Below, in pieces: positions 25,021 through 37,702 of a stretch of 64,000 nt of DNA. The notes beneath the pieces are model-generated. The model did no database searches. It saw only the letters and a program-made list of their open reading frames with translations, and was not told where the DNA came from. Each line of letters starts with the position of its first letter. Position 1 is the first letter of the stretch. Origin of the DNA: Octopus vulgaris (taxonomy: Eukaryota); contig OX597831.1 in assembly GCA_951406725.2 (NCBI GenBank), forward strand, positions 64,294,001 to 64,358,000, written 5' to 3'. The translations under genes were made by a program, and so were the position numbers.

Positions 25021-25535
25021 ACTCTACTTGTGAAGACGTGTTGAGGCAAGTGAGGATCAGAATCAAAATCGATCAATGGAAATTGCGGATGTGCTACCAG
25101 TGCCGGTGGCATGTCAAAACTCTGCTTGTGAAGACCCGTTGAGGCAAGTGAGGATCAGAATCGAAATCGATCAATGGAAATTGCAGATGTGTTACCAGTG
25201 CCGGTGGCATGTAAGAGAACTTTCCGTTTCGCGACCGTTGCCAGCACCGCCCCGTTTCGTGTCCGTTGCCAGCCTCGCCTGGCCCTCGTGCCGGTGGCAC
25301 ATAAAAAGCACCATCCGTTCGTGGCCGTTTGCCAGCTCTGTCTGGCACCAGTGCGGGTGGCACGTAAAAAGCACCCACTACACTCACGGAGTGGTTGGCG
25401 TTAGGAAGGGCATCCAGCCGTAGAAACACTGCCAGATTTGACTGGGCCTGATGAAGCCTTCTGGCTTCACAGACCCCAGTAGAACCGTCCAACCCATGCT
25501 AGCATGGAAAACGGACGCTAAACGATGATGATGAT
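25021..25535 (+). mobile_element. SINE family B, long copy, inserted in a piggyBac-like MITE remnant
   Basis: Two 98-bp tandem units, then 60-70-bp modules, core and (GAT)n; TSD TGAAGAA; flanks match the P1 MITE. Confidence 0.85.
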
Positions 25536-26247
25536 GAAGAATTTAGTAAAATAACTGTCGTTATTATGGCAGTATTTTGTCGTTCTGAGTTCAAATTCCG
25601 CCGAGGTCAACTTTGCCTTTCATCTTTTTGGGTACTTAGTTGCATATTGAGGTCGATGTAATTGATGAGCCCCACCCCCAACATTTCAGGACTTGTGCAT
25701 TTAGTAGAAAGGATTATTAAGCTTGTTGTTATAAGGCTATAGTAGAAGACACTTGCCCAAGGTGCCATGCAGTAGGAGTGAACCCAGAACCATGTGGTTG
25801 GGAAGCAAGCTACTTACAACAGAGTCACGATGGTGTCTATAAATATAAAATTAAATAAATAAAAAGCTTTAAAATATGTTTCAATACCGATACAAAAAAA
25901 TATAATCTATGACTGATGAGAAAAAAAAGGTGGATTAGTGTAGTAGGGATCTAATTTGATGGGTGGGTAATGAGGGGCAAGGGCATTAGCAAGAGGTCAT
26001 TGAACTGAAGAATGGCAGGGTAGCTTTGTAAGACTTTACATTCACATAAGTGTACATGTAGGCGTAGGAGTGGCTGTGTGGTAAGTAGCTTGTTTACCAA
26101 CCACATGGTCCCGGGTTCAGTCCCACTGCATGGCACTTTGCGCAAGAGTCTTCTACTATAGCCTCGGGTCGACCAAAATCTTGTTAGTGGATTTGGTAGA
26201 CAGAAACTGAAAGAAGCCCATCGTATATATGTAAATATATATATATC

Positions 26248-26365
26248 GCTTATGGCCATATCACGTTGAAAGCACTGGTTCTCGTCTGATCACCAAAGTT
26301 AAGCAACGTCGAGCCTAGTCAGTACTTAGATGGATGACCGCTTGGGAAACCTAGGTGCAGTAAGT
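26248..26365 (+). pseudogene. 5S rRNA-derived sequence (pseudogene or SINE head)
   Basis: GCTTATGGCCATATCACGTTGAAAGCACTGGTTCTCGTCTGATCACCAAAGTTAAGCAACGTCGAGCCTAGTCAGTACTTAGATGGATGACCGCTTGGGAAACCTAGGTGCAGTAAGT: box A and box C recognisable, CpG-type decay, no oligo-T terminator. Confidence 0.85.
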
Positions 26366-26434
26366 GTAACACATTGTTTCATGGCGGTGCCCCAGCATGG
26401 CCACAGCAAGTGAGCTGAAACTTGATGAAATGAA

Positions 26435-26436
<2 letters not shown>
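26248..26436 (+). mobile_element. 5S rRNA-derived SINE (SINE3-like) or 5S-LINE-tail chimera
   Basis: Full-length 5S-like sequence followed by GGCGGTGCCCCAGCATGGCCACAG..GCTGAAAC..(TGAAA)n, homologous to the family A tail. Confidence 0.75.
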
Positions 26437-26483
<47 letters not shown>

Positions 26484-27474
26484 TGTATGTATGTATGTAT
26501 GTGTCTGTATATGTTTGTGTGTCTGTGTTTGTCCCCCTAACATCGCTGGTGTGTTTACATCACCGTAACTTAGCGGTTCAGCAAAAGAGACCAATAGAAT
26601 AAGTACTAGGCTTACAAAGAATAAGTCCTGGGGTCGATTTGCTCGACTAAAGGCGATGCTCCAGCATGGCCACAGCCAAATGACTGAAACAAGTAAAAGA
26701 GTAGAAAAAGTATGTACACAGATAAAAGAATTTGCATCTGTTTATGAGACGAATATATGTGTGAGTAGAGTGCATGAGGAAAAGAACATCTGTAATAGTA
26801 AGTGTATTTGAGAGAGTATACATTTCCATTATTTTTTTTATTTTATTCATTATTATTTTTTTTTAATTTTACATGAGAAGGGAAGGGCTCACAACATATT
26901 TTGGTGCCTTCATAACTAGTATGAGGAAGGAAGTTACCCCCCAAACAGAAGACTGGCTTAAACGCTTCCAGCAGGGTGGATACCACTAAAGCCCAGATAA
27001 GCCAACCCCTTCAGGTTTGAGAGGCAGAGAGAGTCTGTTGTCTGTACTAATGTATTGTTTGGGGTTTCTTTTTCTTTTATTCTTGAGTGTGAGTATATGC
27101 CTATGTGTAATGGAGTACATGCATTCAGAGGGCAAAGTACATACTTGTATATGTGTACGAGCAAGAAGGGTAGAAGATATGTTTGTCTGTGTATTGGGGG
27201 TCGAGAGCCACTCTGCTATTGGTGTAACTGTGCATGTGTATATAGAAACATATTTGTAAGTATAGATATAACTGCACCTGTGTATGTAGCTATGTATACA
27301 CACCTAGGGATAGAAATGAGTGTCATCCTAAAAGCAGAGGAGATGATTTGCAGGAGCAATAGCTTACAAAATATAAACAGTACCTGTTTACATATATTTC
27401 AAAATTTAATTCTAACATACAGGCAATGTATGAAAACTGATAAATATGTATTAAAGGAACCTTCAGGATGAGAG

Positions 27475-27508
<34 letters not shown>

Positions 27509-27519
27509 TAATTATTATT

Positions 27520-27835
27520 GCCTCGCCTGGCCCCCATGCCGGTGGCACATAAAAAGCACCATCCGATCATGGCCGTTGCCAGCCTCGCCTGGCCCCTGTG
27601 CCGGTGGCACCTAAAAATCAGCATTCGACCGTGGCTGTTTGCCAGCCCTGTCTGGCACGTAAAAAGCACCCACTACACTCACGGAGTGGTTGGCGTTAGG
27701 AAGGGCATCCAGCCGTAGAAACATTGCCAGATCAGACTGGGCCTGGTGCAGCCTTCTGGCTTCCCAGACCCCAGTTGAACCGTCCAACCCATGCTAGCAT
27801 GGAAAGCAGACGCTAAATGATGATGATGATGATAA
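27520..27835 (+). mobile_element. SINE family B in a (TAA)n tract
   Basis: Modules, core, (GAT)n tail. Confidence 0.85.
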
Positions 27836-27996
27836 TGATAATAATAATAATAATAATAATAATCCTTTCAACTGTCAGCACAAGTACAGGACATCACCAA
27901 CAAGTGAAAAATATGTAAACACATAATAAGAGACAAACATAATAATGGGACAAAATAGCAAAAGAAGTTTAACCCGTCCTCAGTTGTCGAGCTACG

Positions 27997-28783
27997 AGGT
28001 GCAGGCATGGCTGTGTGGTAAGAAGCTTGCTTACGAACCACAGGGTTCTGGGCTCAGTCCCACTGTGTGACACCTTGGGCAAGTGTCTTCTACTGTAGCC
28101 ACAGGCCAACTAAAGCCTTGTGAGTGGATCTGGTAGATGGAAACTGAAAGAAGCTTGCCGTGTGTGTGTATGTGTTTGTGTCTTTGTGTTTGAGTCTGTC
28201 CCCACCACCACTTAACAACCAATGTTGATGTATGTAAGTCCCTGTAATTTAGGGGTTTGACAAAAGTGACTTCTAGAACAACAAAACAAATGAGTACTGG
28301 GGTTGATTCATTCAACTAAAAAAAAAATATTCTAAGCAGTTCCCCAGCATGATCACAATCTGAAACTAAATATATATTTTTAGTGGTGTGGCTGTGTGGT
28401 AAGTAGCTTGCTAACCAGCCACATGGGTTCAGTCCCACTGCGTGGCATCTTGGGCAAGTGTCTTCTGCTATAGCCTTGGGCCAACCAATGCCTTGTGAGT
28501 GGATTTGGTAGACGGAAACTGAAAGAAGCCTGTCGTATATATGTATATATATATATATATATGTATGTGTTTGTGTGTCTGTGTTTGTCCCCCTAGCATT
28601 GCTTGACAACCGATGCTGGTATGCTTATGTCCCCGTCACTTAGCGGTTTGGCAAAATTGACCGATAGAATAAGTACTGGGCTTACAAAGAATAAGTCCTG
28701 GGGTTGATTTGCTCGACTAAAGGCGGTGCTCCAGCATGGCCACAGTCAAATGACTGAAACATGTAAAAGAGTGAGTAAAAGAG

Positions 28784-28785
<2 letters not shown>
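27997..28785 (+). mobile_element. Two tandem SINE family A copies
   Basis: 27997-28360 (diverged) and 28385-28785. Confidence 0.85.
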
Positions 28786-28849
<64 letters not shown>

Positions 28850-29226
28850 AGAATTTAAAATGGCATATAATTACACCCAAACTGAAGAGACACTTGAGAA
28901 CAAAAATGGGTTTCTGAGAGTAAATGGATCATAAAATATCTTGATGTCTGATGATACATCTAAGGTGGTAATAACAAAGAGTGTTGTGAGAGAATTTTAT
29001 GGCTTGTATCAAACTCTGGTATTAAACATCAAGATCACAAGAAGACTTAATTTGTTTGCAAAATAGTTAGAATACTTTACAATGTGAGCCTGAATTACTA
29101 AAATTAAGAATGAAATTAACTTACAGAAATGAACTGCTTTAGTAACTGCAGGATAAAAATAAACCTAGCAATCATTATGAAAATATTTTTTCTGTACAAA
29201 GCATTTTAGCAGAGAGCTCAATAAAT

Positions 29227-29370
29227 CATCATCATCATCATCATCATCGTTTAACGTCTGCTTTCCATGCTAGCATGGGTTGGACGATTTTGACTGAGGG
29301 CTGGCGAACCAGATGGCTGCACCAGGCTCCAATCTTGATCTGGCAGTGTTTCCACAGCTGGATGCCCTTC
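29227..29370 (-). mobile_element. SINE family B 3' fragment
   Basis: (CAT)n through GGATGCCCTTC. Confidence 0.8.
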
Positions 29371-30144
29371 ATTGAAAATAAATCAAATTGAGAGTAATGA
29401 TAGAATATTTAAAAGTAGAAACTAAACAAGGCATTCAAAAATAAAATCAAGTTGTGTGTGTGCGCGCGCATGCACACACAAGGCTTCCACATAGTTTCTT
29501 TCTGTCAAATTCCATCCATATTGGTCAACCTTGAGGCTATAGAAGAACTTGCCCATAGTGCTATGTAGTGGGATCAAACCCAGAACAACATCATTGCAAA
29601 ACAAACTTCTTAACCAGACATTCATGCTTGCATCCAACACAACCATTATTTCACTCTCTCCCACCACTTACATGGCTGTACTAGGGGCTGTTTTTTTGCA
29701 TATTTGTAACCTCCGACATCTAAAACAAAGGGATCCAAAAAAAATTTTTTTTAGAAAAAATGCCTTTTTCAAGGAGAGGTATGAAACTGCATTAGCACCG
29801 GACTATTTTAACCAAGGTGTCCTTTCTGTATTTATTTAACTTTTTAAGCTTCAGATTATTGTCAAATGTAATGCTTAATTATTCACATTGTTTTTAATTA
29901 ATCATGCATTATTTCATAGCTTTGAGATTTCGATGTGATTGTATATTTTAAGAATGACATTTTAGGGTAGGTTTGAGAGACCAGATCTGGCCAGTTTGAA
30001 CATAAAGCAAGTAGAATATTCTGGACAGATATGGCCAGTTTAAATGCTTAAAGGTTAAGATAGTAAGGTTGAGGGAAGTTTTTGGCTGCTATTACTAGCA
30101 GGTGGAGCAAATTGCTAAGAAGCTCTTTTACAAAGATGAACAGT

Positions 30145-30328
30145 GGTGTAGGAGTGGCTGTGTGGTAAGTAGCTTGCTTATGGACCACATGGTTCAGGGT
30201 TCAGTCCCACTATGTGGCACCTTGGGCAAGTGTCTTCTACTATAGCCTCAGGCAGTACAAAGCCTTGTGAGTGGATTTGGTAGACGGAAACTGAAAGATG
30301 CCCGTCATATATATATGTGTATATATAA

Positions 30329-30370
<42 letters not shown>

Positions 30371-30585
30371 TTGTCTGTGTTTGCCCCCCCCCCCCCCCCA
30401 ATCGCTTGACAACCGATGCTGGTGTGTTTACGTCCCCATAACTTAGTGGTTCGGCAAAAAAGAGACTGATGAAATAAGTACTAGGCTTACAAAGAATAAG
30501 TCCTGAGGTCGATTTGATCGACTAAAGGTGGTGCTCCAGCATGGCCACAGTCACATGACTGAAACAAGTAAAAGAGTAAAAGAGT
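30145..30585 (+). mobile_element. SINE family A, full length
   Basis: Head-to-tail match. Confidence 0.9.
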
Positions 30586-30715
30586 GTAAAAAAATACGTA
30601 AATGACAAATCAGTTCTTTCCAGGATGGGTGGGGAGAGGGGCACAAAAGAAACATTCCCTCAGGCCAAAAGAATTACTGGGTAACCACTGGAGATTTTCC
30701 TCTTTCTGGAGTGCC

Positions 30716-30983
30716 AGTGGTTCACAAGCATTTTTTTCCTAAGGACCTCTTTGATTTCTATTTTACTATGGTCATTCATAGCTATTCAATGTTTAAAAAA
30801 AATCCTATTACATTTTATAATTAAATATTATTAGGAAATATATAAAAAATAAATTGTTAAAATAGTTTGTGTATTATAGAAGTATAACCAATTTACTGCA
30901 TGTAATTTTCAACAAGGAAATCTCATATGGACATACCCCCCCTCCTCGCCAAAGGTCACGTGGTCTCCAGTTGAGAATCACTG
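30716..30983. mobile_element. hAT (Charlie-like) MITE
   Basis: CAGTGGTTCACAA...TTGAGAATCACTG ends; approximate 8-bp TSD CTGGAGTG/CTGCAGTG. Confidence 0.6.
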
Positions 30984-31469
30984 CTGCAGTGTTTCACAAA
31001 TAAAACCAGCCTGTTATAGCCTATTGTTATCAAGGCCAGTATATCCTGCTTTAAATCACAGATGCTGTTGCTGTCTGGTTCCAAGTAGGCTCTGATCAAA
31101 GGGATTTTAGTCATGACCATCCCATTTTTCCTCAGACATAATATACATCATCCAATGTCATTTCCGTTTCTTTTCTTTTTTTTCTACTGTTTGGAGTGAT
31201 TTGATATGTGACAGCTATTCAAGCAAGATGAGTCACCACATAGAAGATTCCTTGTTGGCTTGTCACACATATAACAGAACAATTAAGTAAAAGTGGTTCT
31301 TATGGAATAAAGCCTGCATCACTGACTTAGTCTACCTCTTTACAAAAAATCCTAACCAATAAACTCGGTATATTACTAATATTTATTTTAGTGATTCTGT
31401 AAGAATAAAGAGCAAAAAGTGAGTTAGTGTGATTTTAATTTAGATCAGCAAAAGGTTGAACTAGGTATG

Positions 31470-31864
31470 ATAACACCGCCAATCGCCGACTTCGCCTGTC
31501 TCTGCAGCCCCTTCCATCTGTCCTTCTGCAACGGCGCTTGCGGTGGTTTGGCCATGCATGTAGGCATCCAGTGGGTGAACTGAGCTATGATGTCCTTCTC
31601 CCAACTCCACTTCCCAACTGGCGGAAACGCACAGGCGGGCAGCTGAAGACCTGGGTTATGACGATCAAGGAGGACCTCTCCGTGCTCACGGGTCCGCAGG
31701 TGGTCGGCCTGCGCCGATGAAACTGTGACTGGCTCGCTATCTCCAGTGAACTGGCGCAGGACCGTCGTACTGTGGGCTGCCATGGTTCGAGATGCCTCAA
31801 GGGTGGTAGAAGAAGCTGACTCAACCCGCCCAGGGTGAATGTCACCACAAGTACAAGTACAAGA
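31470..31864 (+). mobile_element. RTE-clade LINE 3' end, 5'-truncated
   Basis: RRLRWFGHACR...WRKRTGGQLKTW..TIKEDL...ELAQDRR..WAAMVRDA, tail (CAAGTA)n; GC-rich relative to flanks. Confidence 0.85.
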
Positions 31865-32292
31865 TAACATATCTACACTAGCTCTCTATCTTCTGCAATC
31901 TCATTGTAATAATGAAGAAATAATAGTCTTTTCTTTTATTTCCACAAGGGTATCAAACAAGGAAGGCATTACAGGGACAGATTACAAAACATGTGATGTT
32001 TACAAAGAAACTTGTTGATAAAAAAAATAATAGTATTCATTGTACACAAATATGTTGACTCCAAGAGTTAGTAGATAGAGAAGAGATGAGAGAAGTCATC
32101 CCTGACAGTTGAAGCATGTGATTCAAAATAATTCTGATAGCCATTTTAGTCTGACCACCAAGCAGATGCCAGTGTACCCCAAAGAAATGGGTCTCTGAAA
32201 ACAGGACCAAAACTGATTGTAGTGAGAATCAAAACTGACTGCAACAATGGTTGACCTATTCAAAACCGTTTGATTAATTCCAGCTGATCAAA

Positions 32293-32686
32293 ACTCTTTT
32301 ATTTGTTTCAGTCATTTGACTGTGGCCATGCTGGAGTACCGCCTTCAGTCAAGCAAACTGACCCCAGGACTTATTCTTTGTAAGCCTAGTACTTATTCTA
32401 TCAGTTTCTTTTGCCAAACCACTAAGTAACGGGGGCATAAACACACCAGCATCGGTTGTCAAGCAATATTGGGGGAACAAACACAGACACACAAACATAC
32501 ACACACACATATATATACATATATACAACGGGCTGCTTTCAGTTTCCGTCTACCAAATCCACTCACAAGGCTTTGGTCGACCCGAGGCTTTAGTAGAAGA
32601 CACTTGCCCAAGGTGCCACGCAGTGGGACTGAAACTGGAACCATGTGGCTGGTAAACAAGCTACTTACCACACAGCCACTCCTACA
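32293..32686 (-). mobile_element. SINE family A
   Basis: Reverse complement of family A. Confidence 0.9.
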
Positions 32687-32957
32687 CTGATCATAACTCT
32701 ACAAAAGCTAAGTTTGTATCACACCCTCTAAATCAACATGCAGCAGAATTTTGAGCCCAAACCCATCATCGGGGTCCTTTTGAACTACCAAATTTCAGGC
32801 CACAAAACTGAGAATTCTCCCATTCGTCCGCTTTTCTACTACCACCAACAAACATGTGCCAGGACATCTAAGATTTCCAACACAGACACAAGACCACACA
32901 GAGAGAAGTGAGGAAACACACTAAGACCAGTAATGGATATCAATTTAAGACAGCTAC

Positions 32958-33170
32958 AGGTACAGACATGGCTGTGTCGTAAGAAGCTTGCTTCCCAACC
33001 ACACAGTTCCAGGTTCAATCCCACAGGCCAATCAAAGCTTCTTTCAGTTTTTGTCTACCACAAGTCTTTGGTCAGCCTGAAGACACTTGCCCAAGGTGTC
33101 ACACAGTGGGATTGAACCCAGAACCATGTGGTTGGGAAACAAGCTTCTTACCACACTGCCAGCCACACCT
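32958..33170. repeat. Inverted pair of SINE A heads
   Basis: + head 32958-33027 facing a - head ending ~33170. Confidence 0.7.
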
Positions 33171-33796
33171 TGTGTCATTTGTACTTATTTCATTGACCAA
33201 AGGAAGATGGATGCAAATTGAATTCCACAGAGATTTGAATTCTTCAATTCTCAATGTACTCAAATATGCCAGGATTCGGCCATCCACTGCCACTTGTCAT
33301 GATTATATTGATTTCTTTAACTAAGACACAAAGGTTGGAGGTAGGATGCGGTCAGTTAAACTGACCTTACTACAAGAGTGTTGTAGTTCGCTTGAAATAC
33401 TATAGTACAAAAGTGGAAAAAGAAAAGAGAAATAAAGAAAGCTTCCAGCAATGCAGAAAGTTGGTGGAGCAAAAAAAAATAAATGTGCCTGAAATATAAA
33501 AGATTTTTACCTAATGGTCATGAATTAAAATCCTTAACTTAAAGTGGCCATAGGTGCACAGAAAGTGATGTAACTGCTTCCAACTTCTTGCATCGTCAGC
33601 CAACCTCATCTGCTCCATCTTCGTGTCCATTCCTTAATGTTACTCAACCTTCAGAGTTTTCTTTCATTCTATTTTCACCTAGTGGGGGAGGGGGGACTGT
33701 CCTGTACTAGTACTTCTTTTATCAATGCCAGAGAAATAAAAGTCAAATTAAAATCCTGTGTGATTTCAACTAGACAAAATTAAATAGTTATTCGTT

Positions 33797-34024
33797 TAAC
33801 CCTTTCGTTACTGTATTTATTTTGAGATGCTCTGTATTTCTTTCAATTATTTTAAATATAACAAAGAATTTAGTAAAATAACTTAGTTATCATTAAGCTA
33901 ATGTTAGGAACATAAATTGTTACTAAAATTTGATGGAAGATTTTAATTCAAAACTTATGTAAACAAGACATTTGTACTACAGAGCCAGAGCCGGTTTTGG
34001 CCAGGTTGGTAAAGAAAGGGTTAA
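33797..34024. mobile_element. piggyBac-like MITE (family P1)
   Basis: TTAA-CCCTTTCGTTAC...GTAAAGAAAGGG-TTAA; second copy 47420-47647. Confidence 0.8.
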
Positions 34025-34627
34025 GTAGATGCTCTTCATAAGATCCACACCAGTGGAACTTGAATGCAGTTCATAAACAGATGTAACTAAATATCATTTA
34101 GATGTTTTTTTTCTGTTGCTCCATCAACTCTGCCTCTTCACCACACTTCCATAATAATAATCCTTTCTACTACTATAGGCAAAAGGCAAGAAATTTTGGG
34201 GGAATGGCATCCAATTGTAGAAACCAAACCGAATCAGACTGGAACCTGGAGCAGCTCTCTGACTTACAAGCTCTGGTCAATGATGGACCCCAATACTCAA
34301 CTGGCACTTATTTTATTGACCCTGAAAGGATGAAAGGCAAAGTCGACCTTGGCAAATTTTGAACTCAGAACATGCAGACAGACAAAATGTTAATAATAAT
34401 ATGATTTCAAAGTTTGTCACAAGGGCAGCAATTTTGGTGGGAAGGGATGAATCAATTACATCAATCCTAGTGTTCAACTGGTACTTATTTTATTGAGCCC
34501 AAAAGGATAAAAGGTGAAGTGGACCTCAGTGGAATTTGAACTCAGAACATAATGACAGGAGAAATATCACTAAGCATTTCACCCAACATACTAACAATTC
34601 TGCCAGCCTTAATAATAATAATAATTA

Positions 34628-34875
34628 ATTCGTTTATTGGCCACAAGGGCTGACAAAAATAAATTAAAACATAAAGGGACAAAACACAGGACGAAAGTTA
34701 CAAAGGGTTTTGTCCGTTTGCAAAAAACTGTGTAAAAATTCCAGAGAAAACAACGAAAATATAACAATTGAAATTCCCAATAGGGGGAGGCGCTTCGAAA
34801 GGTTACTCGTGGAAAAACCCATAAAAGCCACGGGAGCCTAGTCAAAATGGGGGTAGAGAGCCCCTTTCTCCTTTT
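34628..34875 (-). mobile_element. 3' UTR of a Tx1/L1-like LINE
   Basis: Minus strand ends TGTCCC...AGCCCTTGTGGCCAATAAA; organisation resembles the UTR at 5960-6192. Confidence 0.5.
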
Positions 34876-35708
34876 ATAATACCTTTTTATACTACAGGTG
34901 TATCCTCAGAATTGGTCGATTTATACTGGCCATTCTTGCGACATTTACCCACCTTTCAGTAAACTTGCTATCAGACAGCACATAATAATAATAATAATAA
35001 TAGTTTCAAATTTTGGCACAAGACCAGCAATTTTTGAGTGGGGAGGGGCGAGGGTAGGTCAACTGTATCGACTCCTGTGCTCAACTGGTACTTATTTCAT
35101 TGACCCCAAAAGGATGAAAGGCAAAGTGAAGCCTGGCACCAGTTGAACCCAGAATGTAAAGACAGATAAAATGCCTCCAAGCATTTTTCTCAGTCTGCTA
35201 ACAATTCTGCCAGTTCACTGCCCTAATAATAATAATATTAATGATTTCAAATTTTGCCACAAGAGCAGCAGTTTTGGGGGAGGGAATAAGTCGATTACAT
35301 CGACCCCAGTGTTTCATTAGTATTTAATTCATCGACCACAAAAAGATGAAAAGCAAAGTCAACCTTGGCAGAATTTGAACACAGAACGTAGTGATGGGTG
35401 AAATACCACTAAGCATTTCGTCCTGCATGCCAACAATTCTGCCAGCTCGCTGTCTTAATAATAATAATAATAATAATCTTTTCTACTCTAGGCAAAAGGC
35501 CTGAAATTTTGGGGGAGGGGGCCGGTCAAGTAGATCAACCTCAGTATGCACTGGTACTTAATTTATTGACCCCAAAAGGATGAAAGGCAAAGTCAACCTC
35601 GGCGGAATTTGAACTCAGAACATAAAGACAACCGTTAAGACAAATACGCATTTCGCCCAGTGTGCCAATGTTTCTGCTAGCTATCTGCCTTTTTAATAAT
35701 AATAATAA

Positions 35709-36069
35709 AACAAGAGCACTCAGAGAGCGCAAATCAACACCAATGTCAAATCAACACCAATGTCCTCTCAACGATTAACTAAAGATGATTTTTAAAATGA
35801 GAATATCTGAAATAAACTAAACTGCTCTCACAAACAAGAATACTAAATATAAACTGACTGCCCTCAAAATTTAAGTAAAATAAAGGAAAAAATAATCCAG
35901 AATCCTTGTCCAGTACCGAATCAATCCCAAAATCTAATCAGTCCATACTGGTCATGAGGTCAAGCATCCCTGAAAGTTTCATCAGAGGTTCTTGAGATAT
36001 CTTGTCCACAGACAAACTAACAAATATGACTGGAAACAAAACCTCCGCCTTCACTAAGGCGGAGGTAAT
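35709..36069 (-). mobile_element. Helentron-associated element (HINE/DINE-1-like)
   Basis: Terminal palindrome ACCTCCGCCTT-cact-AAGGCGGAGGT, adjacent GTCT/GTTT tract, other end stem-loop GCGCTCTCTGAGTGC followed by T's. Confidence 0.7.
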
Positions 36070-36170
36070 AAAGGTTTCAAATTTTGCCACAAGGGCAGCA
36101 ATTTTTGAGGACAGGATGAATCAATTTCGTCGACCCCAGTTTTCCAGCCTTGTCTGGACCTATCTGTGTG

Positions 36171-36209
<39 letters not shown>

Positions 36210-36494
36210 ATATATATAAACACTCACAACGCCCGGTCTGGGAATCGAAACCACGATCCTACAACCGTGAGTCCGCTGCCCTAACCACTGGGCCATTGTG
36301 CCTCCATATATATATATATGTGTGTGAGTGTGTGTGCGATGGGCTTCTTTCAGTTTCTGTCCACCAAATCTATATACAAGGCTATAGCAGAAGACACTTG
36401 CCCATGTGGCCATGCAATGGAACTGAACATGGAACCATGTGGTTGAGAAGTAAACTTACCATACAACAACGCCTGCATATACACATATAAATCA

Positions 36495-36672
36495 TGAATG
36501 CGGTCATGCTGGAGCATTGCATTGGGGGCAGTCAAAGAATCGATCCCAGGACTTATTCTTTGTAAGCTTAGTACTTATTCTAACGGTCTCTTTTTCCGAA
36601 CCGCTAAGTTAGGGCACATAAACGCAGCAGCATCGGTTATCAAGCAATGGCAGGATACACACACACACAACT

Positions 36673-36711
<39 letters not shown>

Positions 36712-36860
36712 CTACAGGCTTCTTTTAGTTTCTATCTACTAAATCCACTCACAAAGTTTGGTCGGCCCGAGCTACAGAAGACACTAGCCTAAGGTGTCAC
36801 GCAGTGGGACTGAACCCGGAACCATGCCTTTGGGAAACAAGCTTCTTACCACACAGCCAC
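36495..36860 (-). mobile_element. SINE family A (diverged)
   Basis: Reverse complement of family A; further A and D fragments at 36225-36478. Confidence 0.8.
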
Positions 36861-36878
36861 TATATATACACACACATT

Positions 36879-37092
36879 AAGGCGGCGAGTTGGCAGAAAC
36901 GTTAGCACGCCGGGCGAAATGCGTAGCCGTATTTCGTCTGCCGTTACGTTCTGAGTTCAAATTCCACCGAGGTCGACTTTGCTTTTCATCCATTGGGGGT
37001 CGATAAATAAAGTACCAGTTTCGCAGGGGTTCGATGTAATCGACTTAATCCCTTTTTCTGTCCTTGTTTGTCCCCTGTGGGCAGTAAAGAAA
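36879..37092 (+). mobile_element. SINE family C, full length, CpG-intact
   Basis: AAGGCGGCGAGTTGGCAGAAACGTTAGCACGCCGGGCG...GTGGGCAGTAAAGAAAT. Confidence 0.9.
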
Positions 37093-37702
37093 TATATATA
37101 TATATACACACACACACACCATGCGTTTGAGTTTTCCCACACACACATCTCCGTATACAAGCTTTCCCAACACCTCATATACTTTCTTTCCTTTATTATT
37201 AATAAACTTGTTATAATGTATATCGACCCTTGTATCCATTTACGCTGACCTACACCGACCTATATTATGAATAGATTTTTTTTTTCTTCTAATGAATAAC
37301 TGTCCCTATCCATCCCGCGAGATCTAGTTTGTGCTTCCATCTCTACCCACAAAGCCAGACGGGTCTGATACCTCTTGAACCAATCAAATCGATCCCCCGT
37401 TTTAATATCCTCGGAGAAATAAAAATTATGGTGTAACGACTTTTTGTTTACGTTTTTACAGCAAGGCTAAACTCCTATAAAACATGATACGCATCTCTTA
37501 TATTTCACATTATTCAACAATACTGTGTGATGCACTAATGATGACTAAATTAATCTGTTGGTATGTTTCGCAAGTGTGAAGATAGGGGTGTGACGGTGTG
37601 GGTGGGATTCGTTTGTGCAGACGAACAACTGTGATTGTTGCTTTGCATTAAAATTAGTAAAGGGACCAGTCGTGGCCATCACGTTCAGTTTCTTTTTCTT
37701 TT

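Larger units (their letters stand above)
26060..26704 (+). mobile_element. SINE family A hosting a 5S-derived insert
   Basis: Family A head 26060-26245 and body/tail 26437-26704. Confidence 0.9.
34160..36140 (-). mobile_element. Cluster of about six SINE family C copies separated by (TAA)n
   Basis: Copies at ~34160-34390, 34402-34609, 35003-35225, 35243-35456, 35477-35690, 36072-36140, all on the minus strand. Confidence 0.8.

Noticed and set aside
26248-26365. Functional 5S rRNA gene
   Set aside because: Solitary, stem-disrupting substitutions, no terminator, fused to a retroposon tail
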